A stretch of 64,000 bases of DNA from the human T2T-CHM13v2.0 reference genome, Homo sapiens. Within the stretch, counting starts at the first letter, position 1, and every line of letters begins with the position of its first letter. The stretch is taken from the NCBI RefSeq assembly GCF_009914755.1, contig NC_060929.1, one strand, 5' to 3'. The translations under genes and the position numbers were made by a program. This document shows, piece after piece, positions 1-16,138 of the stretch. The notes beneath the pieces were generated by a model. The model did no database searches. It was not told the DNA's origin and worked only from the letters and a program-made list of their open reading frames with translations.

Positions 1-2843
1 CCCCTCTGGGGAAGGCCAGAAGTGACTTTTGAGGTTACCTGAGGGTCTTTGTCTGGAAAAGGGTGTGAAGCTGAAGCCGATGGCCTCAGTGTCCAAAGGG
101 GAACACTTCCCACAGGCGTTGGGAAGCCACAGGCCTGACAGTGGGGTCCTGGTCTTGGCGGTCTCAGTCACCTGGCCACCCATTCCTTCCTCACTTAGGC
201 ATCCACCTGGCGGGCTGCCCACACCCTCTTCTGTCTGTGCTCAGCCAATCAGGCAAGCCAGGGTTACAGCCCTCCCTGTCCTGGGCCCTGGCTCCATGAA
301 GCACCATGTGCCTTGGAAGACCTCCCCGATTGATCCTGTCTCCCCAGTATCTTCTGCTAAGGCAGAGGTTTCCCTGGGCCCCTGCTCTGGTCCGCTTCCT
401 TGGCACAGTTTGTAGCTGTGCCTGACACAGCCCACCTGCCTGGCTTCTGTCTCAAACCCACAGCCAGGCCATGTGACAGCCGCTGCCTGTGCCCAAACAT
501 TCATCCAGCCCCACCCAGGAGAGCCAGACAGGCACTCATACCCTCACCCACACACCCCCACCCACACACCCCCACCCGCACACCCTCACCTGCACAATGT
601 CACCCACACACCCTAACCCGCCTGGCCCTGCTGCGCCCCCACCCCACTCTCCCTCTAAACCTACTGGGGGAGCAGCTTCCCCTATATTTGCTTGCTCCAC
701 CTCCTCCTAGAGCTGGGTCACATACCAATTCCCACACTCTTGGCAGGTTGGTCATGGCCCTGGCAGGTCTGAGGACAGGATGGACACAGGACTGTGTGTA
801 GCATAGAAAGGTCAGGGAGTGCAGCCTCCTACTCTGTGCCAGCTGCCAGCCCCGGAGCTTACTAGGCTGATGGGGACAAAGAATGCACCAGAGGGGACAG
901 TGACCATTGTCCCTGGGTTAGTCCACCACAGGACTGATGGGAAGTTCATGGATGTACTGATTGCCCTGTTGCATTTGTCCTCAGGGGCGGATGCTGAGAT
1001 GGAGTTAGGAGAGCAAAGGGGAGGAAGGGAGCTGGGCATGGTGGCTCATGCCTGTAAATCCTAGCACTTGGGGAGGCCCAGGTGGGAGGATTTCTTGAGG
1101 CCAGGAGTTTGAGACCAGCCTGGGCAACATAGCAAGACCCTGTCTCTACCAAAAAAAATTAAAAATTAGCCAGGTGTGGTGGCTGTATTCCCAGCTACTT
1201 GGGAGGCTGAGGTGGGCGGAACAGTTGAGCCTAGGAGTTGTCAATAGAAATCAAGTGTTGGGATATTGAGAATAGCAGCATAATGAGGGTCCAGAGTATG
1301 TTCTTAATACTAATGGTATAATTTCGAGCTTCTGATATATACACAAACATGTATAGCTACACCAGGGATTGTGCTCAAGATTTGACTTACATTAGCTTGT
1401 TTAAGCCTCTTCCACACACTATTTGAGGCAGGTACTGTTGTTATCATTTTATGGATGACAAAACTTAGAAGCAGAGCATTTAGGAAACTTGCCCAAGATC
1501 ACACAGCCATGAAGCAGACACCAGAACCAGAGCCCTAGGCTCGCAAACTTCACTGCCTTCACTCCTAGGCTGTATGTTATTCTGACCATCTCTCAGCCAG
1601 GAAGTCACTCCCTTATGCAAATGACATTGTCTGTGCTGATGGTTAAATATTTCTATTCTCACAACATGTGAAAGAGAGAGCCTGATTTGTTAGCTAAGCC
1701 CCAAGGGTTTCTCCTACCATTTCAGAGAGAGAGAAACTTTTCTTTGCCCCTAAACTGTGGCAAAGAAAACAGAGAGGAGGAAACAGCCATCAGAAGACTA
1801 AAAATCTCTCATCTCTGCAAATAAGAATTCACTCTAACTGAGCTTTTCTGCATGCAGCACTGGGAAGAGACCTTGTTTTTTATTCTATCAACTTACCCAT
1901 TTAACAATTTATTGAGAACCTGTTGTGTACCTGATGCACTGCTGGCATTGGGTATGTAAAAATCAATGCAGCATGGTCCTTTCCCCAAGCAACTCAGTTT
2001 CCTGCTTGGTTCTCTTTTCTGGATCATTTTAATTATGGTTCACCTTTTAAGTAAAGGACAAACAGAGAAGTAGCACTGAGTCAGATTTTTGCCACTAGTC
2101 TTATACAGGTGACATATTTTTCTTAATGCTCCCCACACATGGGATCTGAGCCAGCTGAGCCCTGAAACCTCCCAGGCTGAGAACGTAGTGTGGCACTTCA
2201 CATGAGACTGCGCAGAAGTTGATACAACTGGCATGTTAGCCACAGGAACTCTGCCAAGCGTTCGGGAATAGAAGGGGTGGACAGGACCCCACCTGCTTTT
2301 CCTAATCTCATGGGTATCAGGCACCAGGCAGCCTTGCCCCTGGAATGAGACATCTCAGGTAGGGGTTGTCACTGTTCCAAGCTTCCTTTGATGCCGTTTT
2401 GATCCTGGATGTAGAGTTGCCACGTGGAGAGCGAAACCACCAGAATATATAATTGAGAAAGGAATGGAAAGATGGACAGATACCTAAATAGATACATAAA
2501 TACTTTGCAGAAGTCTGGGACAGTGGAACGTAGGAAGAGAGCCTCAGATAGAGAGAGAACAGTAGGTTGATTGTGGTAAAGGGAAGGCTTCACTTTGTTA
2601 TTCAATATAGTTATTTATTGACTTGTTTAAACAATATGTATGTCTTTAAAATTAAAAGATAATTTGGGGCCGGGCATGGTGGCTCACACCTGTAATCCCA
2701 GCACTTGGGGAGGCTGAGGTGGGGTGGATCACGAGGTCAGAAGTTTGAGATCAGCCTGGCCAGTATGGTGAAACCCCATCTCTACTAAAAATACAAAAAG
2801 TTAGCTGGGCCTGGTGGCAGGCACCTGTAATCCCGGCTACTCA

Positions 2844-2948
<105 letters not shown>

Positions 2949-3344
2949 TCAAAAAACAAAACAAAACAAAACCTTGCATCCTTTCAGGGGGCTCACACCT
3001 CCCTAAGGGCCCAGTAATTAAACCCTTTGGGCCTGAGGGTGAGAAACTTTGTCTCAGTTCTTCCCCAAGTGATCAGCCCAGGTGTAAGGAAGGAGAAGCC
3101 AGAAAGCAGGACCCATGAGAAGGGCCCCCTCCTGGAGTTTGAGGCCCACTCCCTCCTGCCCCTGCCTCTCCTCTGTCCAGGACTCCTCCCTGCTCTGCCC
3201 CACTCCTGGGGCCATAACCATGGGGAGCTGTGGTTTTCTACAGGCCCCTGGGCACAAAGTGGGCAGGCTCACCTGGAGGCGATCAGAGTAACATGGCAGG
3301 AAGTGAGGGGGAAAGCCGCCCTGGAACTGCGCCTCTCTGCCCCC

Positions 3345-3352
3345 TGACGTCA
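3345..3352. promoter_or_regulatory. Full palindromic CRE (TGACGTCA) in GC-rich non-Alu sequence; possible promoter or enhancer element
   Basis: Exact 8-mer in cccctgacgtcactggcgtg, with nearby GC-rich motifs. Motif match only. Confidence 0.25.
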
Positions 3353-4423
3353 CTGGCGTGCACTCCTCCCTCCCCTCATTCAGGCAGTGGCATGAGTTCC
3401 ATGTGAGCGCTGTCCTGCTCCCTCTGCTGCCTCTTTTTTTTCTTGGGGCTGCCATAACACTTTCCCTTCCCCAGCCCTGCCAACCTGGTGGGACATTGGG
3501 CTTCCCTCTCACAGGGTCCTGGGGACAGGCCCATCCTTTATCATACGCACAGAGAGACCGTTTTTTCCTTCAGGACCTGGGGAGCAGCCAGGTTCCATGA
3601 GTTAAATGCAGATCTGAACCAAGCTGGGATTGGGGTACACACTCTCCTCTACTGAAAAGTAGCTAGGGATTCCAACTAGGTGAGAAGGAGAGTGGGGCAG
3701 AGCCAGACCAGACAAGGACTGATCACCTGGAAAAAGCCTGCCATCAAAGGTCTTGGCAAATGCTGGGTGCAGTGGCTCACTCCTGTAATACCAGCACTTT
3801 GCGGGGCTGAGACAGGTGGACTACTTGAGGCAAGGAGTTCGAGTCCAGCCTGGGCAACATGGCAAAACCACATCTCTACTAGAAATACAAAAATTAGCTA
3901 GGCATGCTACACTCCTGTAATCCCAGCTACTCAGGAGACTGAGGCAGGAGAATCACTTGAACTGGGGAGGCAGAGGTCGAAGTGAGCCGAGATTGTGCCC
4001 CTGCACTCCAGTCTGGGAGACAGAGTGAAACTGGCCTCAAAAAAAAAAAAGAATATGGCCTTGGCAGAGAGGGGCCAGCCCAGCAGTGCCTTCCCTTGGG
4101 TTTCTCCTGGGTAGGCCTCTGCCATGAGGAGGTGCTTCCTTCTGCCTGTCCATGGCCCACAGCAATGGAATGTCTGCTTCTGGGGGTTGGGTGGGAGACT
4201 GCTGGCAGAACTGGAAACCTTCAGGTGGGGTTTTTTTGTTTTGTTTTGTTTTCGAGATGGAGCGTCGCTCTGTCACCCAGGCTGGAGTGCAGTGGTGGAA
4301 TCTCAGTTCACTGCAACCTCCGCCCCCCTGGGTTCAAACAATTCTCCTGTCTCAGCCTCCTGAGTAGCTGAGATTACAGGCATGTGCCACCATGCCCGGC
4401 TAGTTTTTGTATTTTTTGTATAG

Positions 4424-4525
<102 letters not shown>

Positions 4526-4569
4526 TGAGCCCAGCCCCTTCAGGGGGGTTTTGAGGCTTCACTACAATA

Positions 4570-4995
4570 CTAGTTTCCTGTGGCTGCTGCAACAAATTAC
4601 CACACACTTAGTGACTTAAAACAACCAAAATGTATTCCCTTACAAGTCTGAAGGCCAGAATTCTACAGTAAGTCCTTCTGAGTCAAGGTGGGAGCAGGGT
4701 TGGTGGCTTCTGAGGCTCTGCGGGAGAATCTGTTTCCTGGCCGTAGAGGTGGCCTGCACTCCTCAGCTTGTGCTGCCCGTCTTGAATGACTGGAGTTTCC
4801 TGCTTCTGTCACTACACCTCCCACCCTCTCCATCACCTGCTCTGCTCTTACAAGGATCCGAGTGAGTACATCAACCCCAAAAGCCAAAGACCCTTAACTT
4901 CATTATATCTGCAAAGCCCCTTTTGCCATATAAGGTCATGTTCACCAGTTCCCGGGATTAGGATATGGGCATCTGGGGGGCATCAGCCTGCTACA
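4570..4995 (-). mobile_element. MLT1-family MaLR LTR
   Basis: tagtttcctgtggctgctgcaacaaattaccacacacttagtgacttaaaacaac ... gattaggatatgggcatctggggg is the typical antisense MLT1 pattern. Confidence 0.8.
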
Positions 4996-5744
4996 GCTAG
5001 GCTGCAAAACTGTTACACCCTCCTGGTGTTTCAGTGATTGGGAGAAAAAGGGTTGGCATTTTTTGCTTAGAGGTCCCTCTTAAACTTGTATCTGTAAGGT
5101 CGGGGGTCCCTCTTAACCTTGTGTTTTTGTTTTTGTTTTTTTTTGAGGTGGAGTCTTGCTCTGTCATCCAGGCTGGCAGTGGCGTGATCTTGGCTCACTG
5201 CAATGTCTGCCTCCTGGGTTCAGGTGATTCTCCTGCCTCAGCCTCCTGAGTAGCTGGGACTACAGGCGCCCGCCACCATGCCCTGCTGTTTTGTATTTTT
5301 GGTAGGGACGGGGTGGGGGTGGGGCTAGGGAGGGGGCTTTTGGCTATGTTGCCCTGAGCTCAAAGTGATCCGCCTGCCTCTGCTGCCAAAGTGCTGGGAT
5401 TACAGGCCTGCACCACTGCACCCGGCTGCTGTAAAGTCTTATTTCACACAGCTGAGACATGTTTTAGGAAGTTTGCTAAAAGACCCCTGGAGACCGCCTC
5501 ATTGTGACCTCCCTGTTATTGTGTTTAATTTGATTGAACTTCTCTGCCCTCCTGCTTTTCAGCTTCTCTAATAGTCTCCCATTAAACCATTCTAAGAACC
5601 ACCAAAAAGGGGAAATTTTTTCTTGAAAGCAGTAAAATGATATGGACTGTTAGAATGTAAAATATATGAAATCAGTCATTATACGTTAGTGCTGCTCTGA
5701 CATAGGGACGTATTATTGAGAAGCAACTTTTGCTTGATTTTCAG

Positions 5745-5810
5745 AGAAATGGAATCATCGTATCGCTGATCTATGTAAACAAACTGAAGAATTGTCTGAA
5801 AGAAAATATG
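5745..5810 (+). pseudogene. GTF2IP: GTF2I (TFII-I) unprocessed pseudogene exon A, 66 nt
   Basis: tttcag|AGAAATGG...AAATATG|gtatgt. It translates to (E)KWNHRIADLCKQTEELSERKY, versus TFII-I [22 protein letters not shown]. Confidence 0.92.
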
Positions 5811-6593
5811 GTATGTCTAAACTGGAAAAGTCCTGTAATCTTATGTTCATGGGCGTTTACACAATGGAGTTACTGTTCATCATGGGGGTACCGTGGACAA
5901 GCCCAGGGCTGCCGGCGAGTCATGCCATCCTTACACGTTTCTCCTTGTAAGGTGCTTTGTAGTGTCTACACACTTTGTTTCTAGATTGCTGCAAAGCTGA
6001 GGAAAAGTTGTATTTCTTTAGTTATTAGTTAGCATTTCTTTTAAACTTTCAGTATGGAGATTGGAAATTTATTTACATATTTATTGCAAAGCCCTGAATC
6101 TTAGGGATTTCATTGAATTATTTATTTATTTTTTTTGAGACAGAGCCTCACTCTGTCGCCCAGGCTGGAGTGCAGTGGCACGATCTCGGCTCTCTGCAAC
6201 CTCCGCCTCCCGGGTTCAAGCAGTTCTCTGCCTCAGCCTCCCGAGCAGCTAGGATTACAGGCACCAGCCACCATGCCTGGCTGATTTTTGTATTTTTAGT
6301 AGAGATGGGGTTTCATGATCTTGGCTAGGCTGGTCTTGAACTGCTGACCTCCTGATCCACTCACCTCAGCCTCCCAAAGTGCTGGGATTACAGGTGTGAG
6401 CCGCCATGCCTGGCCAAATATTATTTTTTTAAATGAATTGTTTCTCTTAGTCTGTTTTGTTAAATTTGGAATTCATCCGGGTGCGGTGGCTCACACCTGT
6501 AATCCCAGCACTTTGGGAGGCCAAGGCAGGCAGATATCTAGGTCGGGAGTTCGAGACCAGCCTGACCAACATGGAGAAACCCCGTCTCTACTA

Positions 6594-6752
<159 letters not shown>

Positions 6753-7966
6753 TCAAAATAAATAAATAAATAAAATGTTCAGTACTCTCCAAGGTGCCCC
6801 TATTGTCTCTACTTTTATCTTGATGCATCACTGAATTGATGTTAGATTTCAAATTCATCATTGCCCTGCTACTATTCTATCCTGAAGCCACCTTTATATA
6901 GTGATGAAAGAAATTAGCGATTTGTTATTATCCTCTCTCTGTTGGTATACATCAAATACTCACCTAAAAAAGAGCAACAACCAGTGGAAAACGTGATGTT
7001 TTTATTTGGGTGACTATTTACTTGTAACCTACTAGCAAACTATAAAATTGTATGATATGCAGAATTTTAACTGAATTGCTTTAAGTGAACATTTAAACAT
7101 GATAAACAATATTGATGGTATTTATGTTAATATACTTAAAATGAACATTTTTCTTCATCATGAGTAATATAACCTACTCCTCAATGAAAACCTAGCACTA
7201 AATTTGCTAATGAATTCAATAACATTTCCATAATATTTTTAGTTACATGCTTAAGGTTCTCTTAGTGTTTCTCCCACTTTTTAATAGCTTATGCCTTTTT
7301 CACCTTTGGTTTTTTTTTGGTTCATTTTAAAGCAAAAATCTCACAACATGTGATATCTGGAAACACTGTAACCTAGTGGTAAGACCATAGGCCCTGGGGA
7401 CACAGGCTGGCCACGTCTCTTCTCCTGTCTGAGCTTTAGTATCCTCTTTTGTGGTCATGAGAACTGAAGATCTGTCCCGAAGATTTGATAAGATAGTAAA
7501 GTGCTTCACATAATACCAGACATATAAATACACAGTAAATGCTTCCTCCTTATATTTTTATTGATTGATTGATGGAGACAGAATCTTGCTCTCTTGCCCA
7601 GGCTGGAATGCAGTGGCGTGATAATGGTTTCTGCAACCTCCACCTCCTGGGTTCAGGCAATTCTCCTGCCTCAGCCTCCCGAGTAGCTGGGATTACAGGT
7701 GCCTGCCACCATGCCCAGCTAATTATTGTACTTTTAGTACAGACGGGGTTTTACCATGTTGGCCAGGCTGGTCTCGAACTCCTGACCTCATGATCTGCCT
7801 GCCTCGGCCTCCCAAACTGCTGGGATTACAGGTGTGAGCCACTGTGCCCAGCCTGTCTTTTCTCTTCACAACCGCAGTTCATGATGAAATATTAAATATG
7901 TACTAGTGGATATTACTTTGCTGAATATTGCCTAATGAATATTAAGTATTTATTCTCACCTTTCAG

Positions 7967-8023
7967 ACATGAACTTATGAATTCAACAGGTGAAGATTTA
8001 CAACTTGATAAATCAACTGTCAG
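7967..8023 (+). pseudogene. GTF2IP: GTF2I pseudogene exon C, 57 nt
   Basis: tttcag|ACATGAAC...CTGTCAG|gtacgt. It translates to HELMNSTGEDLQLDKST, versus TFII-I HELLNSTREDLQLDKPASG. Confidence 0.88.
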
Positions 8024-9087
8024 GTACGTCTTCAGTCAAGTCAGATTAGAAGATTATGTGAGGTAATTAACACTTAACATTGATTTAATGGTAGCTTCCA
8101 CATGAAATAGTATGCCTCTAAGTATTAATTATGTCCTAGGACAGAAGAATTCATGTTGTCAAAATTCTCATACTCTCTAGAACAATAAACTCATTTTCTT
8201 TTTATTAGTAAATATTGCATTTATGGGTAGACAAAACTGAAAGAACAATATTTGTTCTACTTTTGAGATGCAAGATTCATCTGGCATAATGCATTGAACA
8301 GGTTATTATTGAAGGCTACACCAGTCAACTGAATAAGCATTCATCAAATGTCCATGATATGCAGGACATAAGTTTTCTTTTAGAGTATGGAACCATGCAT
8401 ATTATCTTTTAATTAGATGATTTAGTTAGATATGTTTTTAAAGAACTAGAAATATAATTGATTTTCTTGTTTTGGCTCTGGAGTGGAGTGGGGACGAAAC
8501 AGAATGGATTCACACTTGTTTAGATTTACTAAAATGGAAGGATTGCAGCAAGATCATATCCCTAGTCTCCCTATAGCAAATGTCACCTGCTAGCTGTTTT
8601 TTTTTTTTTTTTTTTTTTTTTTGGAGGTTGAAGTTTTGTTCTGTCACCCACGCTGGAGTGCAGTGGTATGATCTCAGCTCATGGCAAGCTCACCTCCTGG
8701 GTTCAAGCAATTCTCCCTGCCTCAGCCTCCTAAGTAGCTGGGATTACAGGCCTCTGCCACCACGCCTGCCTAATTTTTGTATTTGTAGTAGAGTTGGGGT
8801 TTCACCATGTTGGCCAGGCTGGCCTTGAACTCCTGACTTCAGGAGATTCACCCGCCTCAGCCTCCCAAAGTGCTTGGGATTATGGGTGTGTCACTGCACT
8901 TGGATTTAATGGGATATTTCACTACAGACTTCGGTAAACAGAATATTAGCATTTTTGGTGTTCTTTTTATTTTACTCATACTGTTTTTCTTTGGACTCAA
9001 TCACAATAACAGAATTAAAGATCAAAGTGTAAAAGTTAAAGACCAGTACAGATTCAATAATTATTCTTTTCTACATACTGTGTTTAA

Positions 9088-9645
<558 letters not shown>

Positions 9646-9754
9646 GTAAGATTCCTGGATTCTTATTGGACTGTTACCTCTGTTATGAGTAATCCAGCTT
9701 TAGTCATTCACCACTAGGGTTGTATTTAATTAAGTCTGAGTTATTTTATGGTAG

Positions 9755-10160
<406 letters not shown>

Positions 10161-11197
10161 TAGGTGAGAGCCCATATATGATTTTCCTAGTTTCTCCTCC
10201 CCCTTTGCTTTTTGCTCTCTTGTTAGTATATTAATTGTTTTCACTCTCTGAATCTTTTTTCCCCATTTCTTTGGCAGACATTTTTACTTGTCTTGGAAGA
10301 GTAGGTGAAGAGCTGTTTTTAGGACTCTTTGAAAGGGTACAGTATGGGTGACAGTCTTGGCTAATGGTAACATCCAGGGAGCTGGGGTCAGCGTGAGCTG
10401 GAATCAGTTCAAATTAGCAAAGCACTGGCACTCAGTAGCAGGAATACAAGTGACTGCAAAGTGTTAAACACATCTGGAAAGGGATACTGACATCATCCTC
10501 AGAATCTGTGGGGAGTTCACATAGCCAGTTAAGACCCATTCTTCTTTGACCCTGTAAAGATTCTTTAAAGAATAAATACCCTTAGTGGTTTTCTAGCCAG
10601 CTTGCCTGCTCATTTATCTTTGAGGACGACATGCCTTGTGGAGCTCCACAGGCCCCAGAGGGGTATGGATTCTGCATTTAAAAGTGCTGAAGCTGAGAGA
10701 CTGGGTCTTGGTGGACCCCGAGAGGTCTGTTTCTCCTCTACTCATTGTTCCTTTTTTTCCCAACAGCTGGCATTGCTGTTTAAATGGGTTGTTCTTTGCT
10801 GTTTTAAGTTGTTTCATAGTGGTGTGTCAGGATTTGGGTTTTCTTAATACTTTCCAAGCTGGTGACTTGAGTGGTGGTTAGGGAGGAAATGTTTTAGGGC
10901 TGTTCTGGAGCTATTGAGGTCGGGTGTCTAGATACTCCCAGCTTGTCTGTTGAGGAGAATGCTGTTCTCATTGTGCTGCCTTTGGTGGTGCTGTGTGTGG
11001 CTCTTTAGATGTGCGTGGAGGTGAGCTGGGGGAGTTAATGAGATCTTTTTTAGGTGCTTTTCATAAAGTAGCCTGCACTACAGGATTCACTGTGACTTTT
11101 TTCCTTAACCTATGCATTTCTCTCTGCTAGCTTTTGCTGTCTTTCTCATGCCTTTGATTTTCCCAGCTCCTCTTAGTTGAATTAACCTAAGTGCTCT

Positions 11198-11790
11198 GCT
11201 ATGGTTTAAATGTGTCCCCCAAAGTTTATGTGCTGGAAACTCAATCCTCAATGCAACAGTTGGGATGTGGGGCCTAATAAAATAGCCTTCATGAATGAGT
11301 TAATGTTGTTATTGTGGTAATAGATTAGTAATCACAGAGTGGGCTTATTATAAAACATCGAGTTCAGCCCCTTTTGCCCTCTTGCTTTCTTGCACTCTCT
11401 TTTCCTTCTGCCTTCTGTAGTGGGATGATGCAGCAAGAAGACCCTTACCAGATGCAGGCCCCTCAACCTTGGACTTCCTAACATCCAGAACTGTTAAGAA
11501 ATAAAATTTATTCCTTTCCTTTCCTTTTCTTCCTCCTTTCCCTTCTCTTCCCTTTTCTTCCCTTCCCCTCCCTCCCTCTCTCCCTCCCTCCCTCCTTCCC
11601 TCCCTTCCTCCTTCCCTCTTTCTCTCTTTCCCTTCCTTCCTTTCCTTCTTTCCCTTCCTTCCTTTCCTTCCCTCCTTCCCTTTTCCCCTCCTTCCCTCCT
11701 CCCTTCCTTTTTTCTTTCCTTCCTTTTTTCCTTTTTATAAATTATGCAGTCTGTGGTATTCTTTTATAGAAGCATGAAATGGACAAAGAC
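11198..11790 (+). mobile_element. MST-family MaLR LTR split by a pyrimidine-rich (CCTT/CCCT)n tract at about 11510-11735
   Basis: Starts tgctatggtttaaatgtgtccccc, contains cttggacttcc...ccagaactg...aataaa, and ends tggacaaagac. Confidence 0.78.
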
Positions 11791-14700
11791 TCCATTTTCA
11801 AGAGCAAGCACTTTTGTAGTTTCTGAGCGAACTATGACTGCAAAGGAAGTTCTATAGGTAGCCTCAGATCCACTACCTAGGAAGCATGCCACCAAGCAGA
11901 CCTAGGATCTAGGATTTGATCAAGTGCTGGGCAACATGATACCTCTGCAATTTAGCACTTCCCTATATACCTCCAGTTGGCTCAGCCCATTAGGGCTAAA
12001 ACTACCCCTCATATCCTGGTGTCTCTTGTAGGCAGAAGCCTTGCCTAAACCCTAAGCTGCTTGGCTCACATTCTGTCTTGTGCTTTTTTTGTAGGGGGTT
12101 CAAATATACACAAAAGAAATATGTTGAACCTCCATGCACCCAACCCGCAGATTAAGCAGTTACCTCCATTTTTCCAGATTTGTTTCATCTGCTTCAATCT
12201 CCCTAAAAATTTATGTTTGTACAGGAAAGACTGAATAAATAGCTAATTCTCCACCCTACCTCTCATCTTAAGTCACTTTTCAGAGTAGTAAGTTAGTGAC
12301 CTAGTAACCTTCCCTCTAATGACCAGTAGTTTTTTTTTCTGAATACCATTATGAACTCATAGATTATTGTTTGCATTTGATGTATTTCAGGCCATTGCAG
12401 TCTTTATTGTTTTGGATGCTTACATTGTCTCATCTAGGTTAATAATTATCTCTTCAAGTTGACTTTCATGTCTTTTTGACGTGATCCTGTTGGACTTTGA
12501 TGGCTTCCTTGCTTTCTGGCAAAAAAGATGTTCCAGGATCAATATACTGCACCATACATGGAGTCAGCCGTTTCTCTAGGGAACCTTGATTCCTTTTAGT
12601 AGAGAACACAGTTTGAGGTCTTGGACTGAATGACTTTTGTGAACCTCCTCTCCTGAGACTACAGCCTGCATCCCTGCATATAGCCCGTTTGGAGCTCTTG
12701 CTGGGCACCAACAGATCTCCTAAAACTGCTATATAGTTCTGCCTCACTCTTACAAAGATTCATCTCTTGAGAGTTTTGTGCTCTACCCCCAGATGTGGTC
12801 TTTCTGGTTCTGAAGCTTTTGCTTCAGTCACCCTGAATTTTGCCAGCCCTATGCATGCTATACCTTGGATTGCCAACTTGCCCTCACTGAAGCCAGTTTC
12901 TCTGGTTAGAATAGTTGCCCAAACCCATGCCTAATACTCTAGTAAACAAGGTTCTACCTGGGCTTAGGTTAACTTTTGCTCCTTTGGGCCCTGTGTTCTA
13001 CCAGCATTCCATTTATCTGAAACTCTCCCTCACCTTAAGAACTTATCTGTTCTTTAATGATTTACTGCTGCTTCCTGGGCTCGAAAGAACCCAGTTCAGG
13101 AGTTTCTGTTTTAGTTTGAGATCTTATAGGCCTGTCTCATCAGGTTGGTGTCAGCCCAGCTAGGATTAGGCAGAATTGGGTGGGGGCTGTAGTGCATTTT
13201 TGGCACAGCATGTACCTGTCTGACTAATTCTCTGTCTTTTCTTTCCTGTTGCAATTCATGGGTCTTAGCATCTTCTGAATGGTGTTTAGTAGGTCATCCT
13301 GTTGATTTCCTGCTAGGGAGTAGCATACTCTGGCTCTGTACCATTGGCCAAGGGACTTAAGGATAGATGAAGGGCTGCAGTTTTGTTAAATGGAACAATA
13401 TGAAGAGATGGCATTGTAAAAAAAAAAAAAAAAAGGCTTGGCAGCAGGGCCCATTTGAATGGTTGGTCCTTGGCTCCTTTGTTGATATAGGCAGATCCTT
13501 GATGGGAATTTGGAATGATCCCAAATATTGTAGATCACTGGTACATCAAGTCATCCTCAAGGTTGTCTGTGTAACAGTCTTGAATGATATTTTGTCAGTC
13601 TTTGGAGATTCTCTGTATAGGGTTTAATCATTTAGTTATTTCAGTTGAGACTGTTTAGTTTCTTTGCAAGGAGATAAGAAATGTGAAAGAGATGCAGACA
13701 TTAGGGAAAAAAAGTCAGGAGCCTTGTTTCCCCATCCTCTACTTGGGTTCTGGAACTAGACTCATAGGTGAGTAGTGAGGAGCTGGGCCCAAGCACATTA
13801 ATCCTAGATCTAGCTCTGCTTTGCCCTCGCTCCAGTTCTTGTATCAAATTCACTTCAAGCCACCCAGAGTAGTATGTAGAGGAGTCATTCAGGACCGTGC
13901 TCATACTTCATTGTATCAAATGGGAGATCCAGTAATTTATAGCCTATTGTTTCTGGAGCCTGGAGATGGCTCTGCATAAGATTTGCCGAAGCAAATTTTA
14001 TTACATTAGAAGAGAACCTAGCTGGCTGCATCCTACACTGGAAGCTTTTAGATGCTAATAAGGAGGTCATGTAAAGGTCACAGAATGACTCTGGAATCCA
14101 TTCCCCGCCAAGAAAGAATAATGACATTCTATGTTGGCCTCTTTTCATTTCCCTTTGGTTTTGAGTAATAAATTCTCTCCTCACTTCCCAGTCGAACTGT
14201 TTGGGAGTCTCTATTCCCTAGAAAGACTCTGGTCGCATACCCATCAGATTAAATTAGGTGAAAACTCTTTGGCCTTCATGAATGTTGAAGGATTTCAAAG
14301 GGCTAATGGAAATTCTTCTAGAAGTAACTGCAACCTCTGCCTTCCGGGTTCAAGTGATTTTCCTGCCTCAGCCTCCCAAGTAGCTGGGATTACAGGTGTC
14401 CACCACCATGCCCAACTAATTTTTGTATTTTTAGTAGAGATGGGGTTTCACCATGTTGGCCAGGCTGATCTAGAACTTTTGACCTCAGGTGATCCGCCCG
14501 CCTCAGCCTCCCAAAGTGCTGGGATTACAGGCGTGATCCACCGCGCCCAGTTAAACTTCAGTTTTTCATGTTCCATGCATTGGTCAGGGTCTTAGGGAGT
14601 GATTCATTCTAGCAGAACTCCCTGGATTTTAAGGCAGATGTTCCATTTATTAATTGACAAAGGAGGCATATTTCTCCCCTGGTAACCCAAAGATTTAGGT

Positions 14701-14866
14701 CATTTTCCCAGAGACTCCATTTCCACTGTGAGGGTTCTTGGAAGACTAAGCAGAGGATGAGGAAAAGTCTGTGAACAAGCTTGCTGGTCTCTCCCTGTCC
14801 TACAAAAGAGCATACCTCTTCTGTAACCAGAAGGCCCTTTTGATTAGTCAAGGCTGGACAGAGTGA

Positions 14867-15079
<213 letters not shown>

Positions 15080-15082
15080 TAA

Positions 15083-15202
<120 letters not shown>

Positions 15203-15464
15203 TGACCTGCGACGATTTTTCAATGATGTAATTTCTCTTTTACAGAGCCACCTAAGCTGAAGATTCCCTTGAGAACAAGTACTGTCCCTAGTTTCCCAGT
15301 GCTGGAATATAGAAAATGGATGGACAAGTAAATCCCACTCAGCACCCATAGTCCAGGCATGGGGACCTCAACACACCTGAGCCCCAGACATCACCTTTCA
15401 TTGCGAGTAGCTCTGAGATGACACTTCTGCTGTTCCCAATTCCAGCATTAATTGGATTAGATAG

Positions 15465-15820
<356 letters not shown>

Positions 15821-16032
15821 CTGTTTTTACAATTATACAGTAGGAGACATTATGTTCCATGACAATGGTAATTTTTAACGACAGTTTTTAATTGAGTGAA
15901 ATTACCATAAAAATAATAATAGTAGCAGCTAATATTTACTGAGCTGTTACTAGGTGCCTATAAATAGCATAGATTTTTAAATTCTCCATAATTCTTCCTT
16001 ATTTCACTTAACCACTCTATCTTAAATTACTC

Positions 16033-16138
16033 ATGCTTGCCTCAGTAGCACACATACTTAAGTTGGAACAATAGAGAGATTGGCACGGCCTCTGTGGAAG
16101 AATGACATGCAAATTTGTGAAGCATTCCATATTTTTTT
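16033..16138 (+). pseudogene. U6 snRNA processed pseudogene (RNU6-P type)
   Basis: atgcttgcctcagtagcacacatacttaagttggaacaatagagagattggcacggcc...gaagcattccatattttttt aligns over the full length of U6. It is followed by an A-tail, with TSD aaattactc at 16024-16032 and 16153-16161. Confidence 0.95.

Noticed and set aside
681-690. CArG/TATA-like cctatatttg next to a C-rich tract (540-650)
   Set aside because: It is an imperfect short motif expected by chance, with no supporting gene structure.
16033-16138. Functional U6 snRNA gene
   Set aside because: It has many substitutions including in the ACAGAGA box, an A-tail and TSD, and no evident PSE/TATA promoter.
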